From Deltaproteobacteria bacterium (GTDB lineage: Bacteria > JAEEML01): a stretch of 35,777 bases of DNA. The notes beneath the pieces were generated by a model. The model saw nothing but the letters and a program-made list of their open reading frames with translations, did no database searches and was not told the DNA's origin. The position numbers and the translations under genes were made by a program. Shown in pieces: positions 1 to 7,684 of this stretch. Position 1 is the stretch's first letter. The number at the start of each line of letters is the position of its first letter. The stretch covers positions 1-35,777 of the forward strand of contig JAEEML010000021.1 of assembly GCA_016283195.1 (NCBI GenBank). The letters are read 5' to 3'.

Positions 1-79
1 CTTCGTGAGTGCCGCAGCCGATAGCCAAAAAGAGGGCCAGCCCGGCAAAGAGGAAGATGTTTTTACATTTTTTCATCAT
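1..79 (-). CDS. 5' end of a lipoprotein gene running off the left edge (MMKKCKNIFLFAGLALFLAIGCGTHE...)
   Basis: Read manually, not in the ORF track. AAGGAG RBS at 89-84, ATG at 79/76, basic N-region, hydrophobic core and lipobox-like AIG-C. Confidence 0.75.
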   Translation of the reverse strand, partial: MMKKCKNIFLFAGLALFLAIGCGTHE

Positions 80-482
80 ATTTCTCCTTGGCGCATAAGC
101 GCATAATACACCGCTATTGGTGCAAAATTATTACAAAAATCATTATTTATGGATTGAGAAAATTTGGAATATATGTTATAATTAATTACCGCGACTGAAC
201 TGAACTTCATATACCTACCCTTAAAAGCCAAACAAAAACAAGGGGAAGGGTAGCACGGCCATATATAGATAGCAAGATGAAAATATGACGGTCTATATTT
301 CAGCACTTTAGGGCCGATATATCGGCAGCTGATTCTGCACGGCTATTTTAAGACCTTATATACCGCGTGCTCCGGCCGCTGCCCACTTTGCGCAGCTTAT
401 TCTTTTTAACCAGCCGGCCGAGCACCGCTTCGATGGGAGTGGCACTGAGGCAGAACTAGCGGTTTTTTCACGGGAAATGCCT

Positions 483-561
483 TTTCTGCATAAAAAGAGC
501 ACTTTTATATGCAGAAAGTCAAATCTTATCTGCATAAAACCCGGCATTTTATATGCAGAAA
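483..561. repeat. Two tandem imperfect palindromes with a 44-bp period (TCTGCATAAAA-N7-TTTTATATGCAGAAA)
   Basis: tctgcataaaa at 485 and 529; ttttatatgcagaaa at 503 and 547. Confidence 0.85.
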
Positions 562-692
562 TGGTAGTGCAAAATGCTCAAAGCCTTGTGTTTAGTGGCT
601 TATAGCGGAAGCTGTAGTCTTGATGTAATGGAGCGTGTAATTTACCCTTGTTTGTGATACATTATAGGCAGCGGTGTTGAAGGAGGTCCAGG

Positions 693-905
693 ATGCGCTT
701 AATTACTAAAGAATATCAGGAGATGCTTAATCAGAGCGAAGCGTGGAAAATCATCAAGAATACGCCCCGGCCTGATTTTACGGAACTGAACCGTTTGTCA
801 AATGAATTTGAGCAGTGGATAAAAAAAGAGCATGAAAAAGATCGCCTCATTTTGCGGGAGGCGCCTTACCGGCCAAACAGGAGAAATTTGTTCAACGCCA
901 TGTAA
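693..905 (+). CDS. Small hypothetical protein (70 aa)
   Basis: AGGAGGT RBS just upstream of the ATG; helical, charged sequence; no family recognised. Confidence 0.6.
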   Translation: MRLITKEYQEMLNQSEAWKIIKNTPRPDFTELNRLSNEFEQWIKKEHEKDRLILREAPYRPNRRNLFNAM

Positions 906-1141
906 AGCCCAAGTACGATGAGGGCTGCATTTTTATGTATCAGACTTTATAAATTGCCCGGAAAGTGCTTGTTCAATTGGCATATAGTTTACTTTTTAAG
1001 TTTGCCATAAACGGCCTGGGCCTATTTTGCTACTCTGCCGGGCGGTGATAAAAATCTTAAAAAAACGTCTACTGAAGCCGTAACGGGTTGAAAAATTTAT
1101 AAATCTATGCTACGAGGCCGCCTGGATAAGGAGGCAGAGAT

Positions 1142-4051
1142 ATGCCGGAAGAGAAGAAGATAAAAGACCGTTTCAGCTGGATAATAGAGCGGCGCCTGGC
1201 CATTATATTGTTAGTTATTGTCATGGCCGGAGTCGCCGTGTTGGCTCTGCCGCGCCTTAGAGTTGATGCCGACTTTTTTAATTATATGCCGACCGACCAC
1301 CCGGTGGTGCAAAAGTTTCAGCGCCTGACAGCCAATTTCAGCCGCGACAGCGCTATGCTGGTGATTGAGAGCGACAATCTTTTTAGCCGCGAAGGGCTCA
1401 CGGCGGTGTGGAATATTTCCAAAAAAGTGGAAGAACTTCCCGGCCTGGCCTCGCTCACCAGCCTCACCAACGTGGCCTCAATTAAGGAGATTGATGGCGG
1501 CATAGAAATAATGCCGCTCTTAAATAAAGAGACGCTCACCAAAGAAGAGCCCTATTATGCTGAACTGAAAAAAGAGGTGACAAATGACCCCCATTATCGC
1601 GGCGTTTTGGTTTCGCCCGATGGCCGTTACACGGTGATTGTTATTAATTTTAAGAGCGATGCCAAGCCCGACCAGGTGGCTCTCGATATTCGCCGCATTG
1701 CCATGGAAAACAAGGGTGCGGCCAAGGTGCATTTTGCCGGCACCCCCATGATGATGAACAGCATTGAGAAAATCCTTTGGGGCGATATGCGCTTTTTGGT
1801 GCCGCTCGTGATTTTGCTCTTGGTTCTCACCCTCTATCTCAGCTTTAAACGGCTTATTGGCATTCTTTTGCCGCTTTCCGCTGTGGGCATTGCCACGCTC
1901 ATGAGTATGGCCATTATGGCTCTTTGCGATGTGCCGCTCACCATTATCTCGGCCATTTTGCCCATTATTTTGCTCTCCAACGGCAGCGCTTACGGCATTC
2001 ATGTCTTGAGCGCCATTCGCCAAAAACAGTCGCGCGAGCCGGAAGCCGATAATAATGAAACTATTCTGGCCGCTGTAAAAAGAGTGGCTCTGCCAGTTTT
2101 CCTGGCTGCTCTCACCACTTTGGTAGGCTTTTTGTCCTTCATCTCTTCGCCGCTCTCCATTTTTAAGGAATTTGGCGTGGAAGTGGCTATAGGTATTATC
2201 TTTTCGCTGGTTTTGGCTCTCACCTTTATCCCGGCAGTGTGTAGCTTCTTCCCGCCGAAAAAGAAAGCTCAAAAAAATGCTGCTGAATCAGCTGAAAAAG
2301 CGGGAGCAAAAGCCCAAAAAAGTCACTGGATCGATGTGCTTTTGGGCGCTTGGGCCAATATTGTGGGCCGCCATTACAAGGCTATAGTTATTGCCGCAGC
2401 TCTGGTGGCGCTGGCCGCGGTGCCCGGTATTTTAAATCTTAAGAGCGGCCTGGATATGATGGGCCTTTTTGGCAAAAAAAGCGAAGTGCGGGTGGCCGAC
2501 GATATTATGAACGAAGCTTTTGGGGGCAGCCAGCCGGTTTTTGTCTCCATTAGCGCCGAAAGCGTGAAAAATCCTCTGGTTTTGCAAAAGATAAACCGCC
2601 TGACTAAAGAATTGCGCACTTTGCCGGAATTGCACCAGGTTAATAGTGTTTCCACCATTGTCGCCGAGCTCAATTATCACATCGATGAGGAGGAGCTCAT
2701 TCCCGAATCGGAGGCGGCTATCGGCAATTTGTGGATGATGGTGGCCGGTAATGAATCACTCAGCCAGATGGTGTCGGAAGATAGCAAAACAGCCATGATT
2801 GTGGGGCGCTCGCGCATGGCCAGCACCACTAAAACCGAACAGCTCATCAAAAAAATCGATAAACTTTTAGCGCCGGAAAACCACTTGGTAGCCCTTCCAC
2901 TTAAGGAACTTTCGCCAGAAAAACTGCCTAATATACAAGAAGATTTAGCGCTTGATATCGCCCAGGAACTTAAAGAAACGGCCCTCTATTACGGGGCCAA
3001 AGATTTTGATGTGGTTAAAGCTAATGAGCTCATTTTGGCGGCTATAAAAGCTCCCATGCCAATTTTGACCGCTGCTGACCGGGAAAATATTACCCGAAAA
3101 TATTTAACTTCACCGGATGCCGATTTGCTGGTGGAAGATGGCGCTTTAGTAGCTAAAATAGCCAAAGCGGTGGGAGAGAGCACAGCCAGTAGCGAGGAAG
3201 ATCTTAATGACCTTTTGGCTGATGCTGCCTCCGATATAGCTGGTGATGACCCAGACAGCATCTTTATGGCCGCCGGCAGCCTGGCTGACCTTTTGGCGCG
3301 CGGGCAAAAGAGCAAAAAAGTGGATAACCTTTTGGCCGCTTTACAAGAGGGCGGCCTTTTGCCCAAGAAGCTGGACCCGCTCTGCCGCCGGGAGGCCCAC
3401 GGCGCGCTGTTCCGCCTTTATAGCGCATCTTTTGCCGTGTCGCCGGAGCGTTACCAAGAGCTCACCGGCAAAGAAGCGGCCAAAGAGGCTATCGTGAGCT
3501 TTAAAGTGGAACAAACCGGTATGCACCTTGTCAACGTGGCTATCGGCGATCAATTGGCTTCCAGCCAGATATACAGCCTGGTATTGAGTCTCATTTTGGT
3601 TTTCTTTGCGCTACTTTTGCAACTGCGTTCCGCCAAGGGTTCATTAAGAGCTTTAGTGCCGGTGCTCTTTACTATTATTTTCATGTTTGGCCTCATGGGC
3701 TATCTGGGCATAAATATTGATATTGTAACCGCACTCATCGCCTCTTTGGCCGTGGGCATTGGCGTGGATTATTCCATCCACATCTCCTTTGCCATAAATA
3801 GAGCGGCCAAAGCGGGCGCTTCTTTAACGGAGCAGCTTGCCCAGTCGATTAACGGATCTGGCCAGGCGGTGCTCATCAATGCCAGTGCTGTTGTGGCCGG
3901 CTTTTTGGTCATCACCGCCTCTGAGATGCCGGCTCTTCGCACTTTTGGCGGCCTGGTGGCTCTTGCTATTGCCCTTAGCGCCTTTGGGGCGCTCACCCTC
4001 ATCCCGGCGCTCTATCTCACTTTTGCCCCCAAAAAATCACAGGATAAATAG
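1142..4051 (+). CDS. MMPL/RND-superfamily transporter
   Basis: Two repeats of 1 TM + large extracytoplasmic loop + 5 TM; motifs VHFAGTP, GSAYGIH, GIGVDYSIH, ALTLIPAL; AAGGAGG RBS. Confidence 0.9.
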   Translation: MPEEKKIKDRFSWIIERRLAIILLVIVMAGVAVLALPRLRVDADFFNYMPTDHPVVQKFQRLTANFSRDSAMLVIESDNLFSREGLTAVWNISKKVEELPGLASLTSLTNVASIKEIDGGIEIMPLLNKETLTKEEPYYAELKKEVTNDPHYRGVLVSPDGRYTVIVINFKSDAKPDQVALDIRRIAMENKGAAKVHFAGTPMMMNSIEKILWGDMRFLVPLVILLLVLTLYLSFKRLIGILLPLSAVGIATLMSMAIMALCDVPLTIISAILPIILLSNGSAYGIHVLSAIRQKQSREPEADNNETILAAVKRVALPVFLAALTTLVGFLSFISSPLSIFKEFGVEVAIGIIFSLVLALTFIPAVCSFFPPKKKAQKNAAESAEKAGAKAQKSHWIDVLLGAWANIVGRHYKAIVIAAALVALAAVPGILNLKSGLDMMGLFGKKSEVRVADDIMNEAFGGSQPVFVSISAESVKNPLVLQKINRLTKELRTLPELHQVNSVSTIVAELNYHIDEEELIPESEAAIGNLWMMVAGNESLSQMVSEDSKTAMIVGRSRMASTTKTEQLIKKIDKLLAPENHLVALPLKELSPEKLPNIQEDLALDIAQELKETALYYGAKDFDVVKANELILAAIKAPMPILTAADRENITRKYLTSPDADLLVEDGALVAKIAKAVGESTASSEEDLNDLLADAASDIAGDDPDSIFMAAGSLADLLARGQKSKKVDNLLAALQEGGLLPKKLDPLCRREAHGALFRLYSASFAVSPERYQELTGKEAAKEAIVSFKVEQTGMHLVNVAIGDQLASSQIYSLVLSLILVFFALLLQLRSAKGSLRALVPVLFTIIFMFGLMGYLGINIDIVTALIASLAVGIGVDYSIHISFAINRAAKAGASLTEQLAQSINGSGQAVLINASAVVAGFLVITASEMPALRTFGGLVALAIALSAFGALTLIPALYLTFAPKKSQDK

Positions 4052-4060
4052 AGGAAAAAA

Positions 4061-5059
4061 TTGCATTTTAAAGATTTGGCCCGGGAAATAGTTGCCGGGC
4101 GCCGTTTGACAAGAGCTGATGACCTTTCACTGTTTTTGCAAGGAGACCTTAAAGAGCTCATGGCCGGAGCCGATTATATCCGCGCCGCACTCATGGGCAG
4201 TAAGGTAGATCTTTGCACCATTATTAACGGCAAGAGCGGCCGCTGTGGTGAAAATTGCCGTTTTTGTGCCCAATCGGCCCACCACCACACCGCTTGTGAA
4301 AGTTATCCCTTTTTAGATATAAAAACCATTTTGGCCGCAGCTAAAGCCAATGAAGCGGCCGGAGTGGACCGCTTTTCCATTGTTACTTCCGGGCGCACGC
4401 TCTCCGGGGCGGAATTTGCCGCCGCTATAGCCGCCTATAAGTGCTTAAAAGCAGAGTGCCGCCTTGAGCTCTGCGCCTCCATGGGCTTTTTAACGAGAGA
4501 TCAGCTAATTGCCCTAAAAGAGGCCGGAGTTACCCGCTATCACCACAATATTGAAACTTCGCGCCGCTATTTCCCAAAAATATGCACTACGCACACTTAT
4601 GACGACAAAATAGCCATGATTAAAGAGGCTCAGGCGGCCGGCCTTACTGTCTGCTCCGGCGGCATTATCGGCCTGGGCGAGAGTGGGGAAGATCGCCTGG
4701 ATATGGCTATTTCTCTGGCCGAGCTGGAAATAAAATCTATTCCCATAAATATTCTTATCCCGGTAAAAGGAACGCCTTTAGAGAATTTGCCGCCTTTAAA
4801 CGCAGATGATGTTTTGCGTGCGGTGGCCTTTTTCCGCTACATAAATCCCGAGGCCGATATCCGCCTGGCCGGCGGGCGCAAATTGCTTTTAAATAACGGC
4901 TGCGCGGCTTTTAGCGGCGGAGCCAGCGCGGCTATTACCGGCGATATGCTCACCACCAGCGCTTCTACTATTGCCGAGGATAAAAAAATGCTCCGGGAAA
5001 TGGGGCGCGACACCGAGCCGCGTTATGATACAGTTCCTTCTTGTAAGGGAAATAATTGA
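4061..5059 (+). CDS. bioB: Biotin synthase (radical SAM)
   Basis: GRCGENCRFCAQS (CxxxCxxC), LCASMG, YHHNIET, VCSGGIIGLGE, IRLAGGR; TTG start after GAGGA. Confidence 0.95.
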   Translation: MHFKDLAREIVAGRRLTRADDLSLFLQGDLKELMAGADYIRAALMGSKVDLCTIINGKSGRCGENCRFCAQSAHHHTACESYPFLDIKTILAAAKANEAAGVDRFSIVTSGRTLSGAEFAAAIAAYKCLKAECRLELCASMGFLTRDQLIALKEAGVTRYHHNIETSRRYFPKICTTHTYDDKIAMIKEAQAAGLTVCSGGIIGLGESGEDRLDMAISLAELEIKSIPINILIPVKGTPLENLPPLNADDVLRAVAFFRYINPEADIRLAGGRKLLLNNGCAAFSGGASAAITGDMLTTSASTIAEDKKMLREMGRDTEPRYDTVPSCKGNN

Positions 5060-5066
5060 CGAAAAA

Positions 5067-5678
5067 TTACTGAATCCCTCTTTTGACATCTTCAAACATC
5101 TTGATATAGCGGGTGGAAGCAAAGCTGTTAATGGAAGCCGGATTGATGCGCATAAAGGCCGAGCGCCCCACTTTAGCGGAAAAAACAGTGGCATCGTTGC
5201 CGTTGACCGCCCAGAGCACTACTAAGGAAACTATGTGTCCGCCGGCTTTGACGGCCGCCGCCACATGACAGGCCTCTTTATCAAAATCGAGGGCATTAGC
5301 TGCCTGCCACTTGACAAAAAGCACCGCCTGTTCTGTCTCGGTGTTGATGGTGACCTCTTTAATGCGTCCTTTTAGGGGCGTTTTCTCGAGCTCTTCTTTA
5401 ACACCGGCTACAGTGCGCTCCTCAATACCGGCTGCTTTGACTTCGCCCTTGGCAATAGCCGCATCGAGCGCTCCCGGAGTGATATTGATACTGGCAGCTA
5501 TTTTAGCTCTTTTTTGCTTATCGCTAAGTTTGGCGAGCTTGGGGGCATCGCGCAAATTCATATATGTGCGATACTGAGTATATTCCTCAGCGGTCATTTC
5601 CACCGGGGCGGCAAAGGCACTGCCGGCAGCAAAAAGAGTCAAAGAGAAAGTTAAAAAAAGTTGCTTCATGGTGGTCAT
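5067..5678 (-). CDS. Secreted hypothetical protein
   Basis: Sec signal peptide (MKQLFLTFSLTLFAAGSAFA), GGAGG RBS, 203-aa ORF convergent with bioB. Confidence 0.8.
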   Translation of the reverse strand: MTTMKQLFLTFSLTLFAAGSAFAAPVEMTAEEYTQYRTYMNLRDAPKLAKLSDKQKRAKIAASINITPGALDAAIAKGEVKAAGIEERTVAGVKEELEKTPLKGRIKEVTINTETEQAVLFVKWQAANALDFDKEACHVAAAVKAGGHIVSLVVLWAVNGNDATVFSAKVGRSAFMRINPASINSFASTRYIKMFEDVKRGIQ

Positions 5679-5856
5679 TTTTTCCTCCCCCGCCCTTTAG
5701 CGGACAGGTGAAGTCTATAGTAAAATGGCGCCTCCGGGCAAGAGGTTGGCAGCTTTTTTGCCAATTATTTAACTAAATGATACTAAAGCACAAGCTATGC
5801 TCCGTTTCTCTATTAAACGGAGCGCCCATAAGGGGTTTGGAATATTGGAGCTGTAA

Positions 5857-7560
5857 ATGGCCAAAGCTAAAAGATTTTCCGCCGCTATGCTGCTTGTCCT
5901 TTCTTGCCTGATGACGGGTTGTGCCAAAAAAGCGCCTGTTGCCGATATGCCTCCTGCCGATTTCCGCTTGCCCAAAGGCTTTGAACAGAAGATCACGGCG
6001 CAACGCGGCGAGGAGATATTGGTTCCGGAAGGACACACGATTTTACTTAATATAAAAGGGGTTTTTGCCAAGAACACGGCCTTTATGCAAGACCTTAGAC
6101 CTTTAGAAAGCGCTTTGACAGTAGCCGAAGTGCCGGCGGGTACGGAAGTGCGTTTTTTGCCGGAATACAGCAATATACGCAAGGTTGACAGGCGGGTAGA
6201 GAGCAGCGGTGTTATGCGGATAGATGTTATTAACTTAAGTGCCGGAGCCTCTTTTGACTTAAGCGGCAAGCAAATGCTGCGCGAGCGTTTTAGCAAAGAC
6301 AACGTATTAGAAGAAAAACCCTATAATTTTACAATTAAAATTGTGCCTTATGAAGCCACTTTGGAGATGATTAAAGACGACCGCGCCGCAGCGCTCTTTT
6401 ATGTGGAAAATTCCCTGCGCCAATATGACAAACTCACTAAAAACGGTCATGAAGTTCCTTGGGAACCGGCAGAAATCGAAAAGAAGCTGGCCGAACTTGA
6501 TGCTATGGAAGCAACCGGCCTCAAAAAGCTCCTTATCTCCCGCTTAAGAGCCGAGGAGGCCAGGCGCCATCTTTCCGTGGCGGCGCAAAACGGTTCCGGC
6601 GAAGTGGCGAGTGCGGCTAAAGATGCCTTGAAAGATGTTGATACCGCCTTTGAGCAGTGGAAAAATAAAGGCCTGGACAAAGAGAAAAAGGCCGAGAAAG
6701 TAGATCAGCTTTTTGCGGAAGATAAGCTGGATCGCCGTTATGCGCCGCTGGTTTTACCCAAAGAGGAAGGGTTTAATGCCAATATCGATTTGCCAACCAT
6801 AGCTCGCCCGTGGCTCACCCCCATTTCTATGGGCCTAGAGCTGGAAAGCCGCTTTGGCGCTGTGGGCAATGCTAATCGCCGCTCTACTGCTATTGTGGAA
6901 ACTCTTTCCGGCCAGCTGGCTATTCACCCCAGATTTTGGGTTGCTCTGCGCTTGCCGGTAGCTTTTATCAGGAGCCAGGCTTCCGGCAGTAAGTGGACTA
7001 CCGAGCTTTTGAATCCCGGTGTTACTCTCGGTACTGCCTTTGTGAATCGCGAGCATTGGCGCATTCGTTTGGAAGTGGAATATCTGCCTACTTTTTCCGT
7101 TGACGAAGATTTGCAGCGCCTGGAACTCGTGCTCACCGAGATGCCCGGCTCGGCCACCAAAGCCCATACTATTGGCATTAATCCCAGTGTGGAACTTGCG
7201 GCTTCGCAATTTACGCTGGCTGTTTTAACCGGTGTGCAACTGGCGATAAATACCGGCAATAACAAGACATCGGCTCTTGATGCCTGGTTCCGCTATGCTA
7301 TTGTCGGCGGTGTGTGGCTACATAAGCGCTTTGCTTTGCAACTGGATGGGCGGGGCCGTGTTTTGCTGAATGGTGACAACCACACATCTTACGGCTCCTT
7401 TGGCTTTTCCGGCCTTATCAATATTCACGATTATTGGAATCTTGAGCTTGGTTTAACTACCCCGCTCGGTGATGATTCCACCCTCTCCAGTATGCAGTTT
7501 TATATAACTATTGGCTGCGGCAAGTGGGGCGCGCTCACCGGCAAGAAAAAGAAAGATTAA
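5857..7560 (+). CDS. Hypothetical lipoprotein with a C-terminal beta-barrel-like region
   Basis: Lipobox LMTG-C, helical middle region, alternating hydrophobic strands over the last ~250 aa. Confidence 0.75.
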   Translation: MAKAKRFSAAMLLVLSCLMTGCAKKAPVADMPPADFRLPKGFEQKITAQRGEEILVPEGHTILLNIKGVFAKNTAFMQDLRPLESALTVAEVPAGTEVRFLPEYSNIRKVDRRVESSGVMRIDVINLSAGASFDLSGKQMLRERFSKDNVLEEKPYNFTIKIVPYEATLEMIKDDRAAALFYVENSLRQYDKLTKNGHEVPWEPAEIEKKLAELDAMEATGLKKLLISRLRAEEARRHLSVAAQNGSGEVASAAKDALKDVDTAFEQWKNKGLDKEKKAEKVDQLFAEDKLDRRYAPLVLPKEEGFNANIDLPTIARPWLTPISMGLELESRFGAVGNANRRSTAIVETLSGQLAIHPRFWVALRLPVAFIRSQASGSKWTTELLNPGVTLGTAFVNREHWRIRLEVEYLPTFSVDEDLQRLELVLTEMPGSATKAHTIGINPSVELAASQFTLAVLTGVQLAINTGNNKTSALDAWFRYAIVGGVWLHKRFALQLDGRGRVLLNGDNHTSYGSFGFSGLINIHDYWNLELGLTTPLGDDSTLSSMQFYITIGCGKWGALTGKKKKD

Positions 7561-7572
7561 TCAAAGCAATAA
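7540..7572 (+). repeat. Left copy of a ~33-bp imperfect direct repeat flanking the FISUMP gene
   Basis: ggcaagaaaaagaaagattaatcaaagcaataa; contains the stop codon of the upstream gene. Confidence 0.85.
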
Positions 7573-7684
7573 CAATTTGTCACTAAGCGAAGGTTGACGC
7601 TAACAAGAGAAAAAAATAAAGTGCCATCCGCTAGACTGCAAATTTGGCAGTTAAGAGACTCTTTGGGGCCAGCGGAGGGATTTT

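Noticed and set aside
194-206. ctgaactgaac also present near 11975
   Set aside because: Only an 11-bp pentamer repeat; too short to define element ends.
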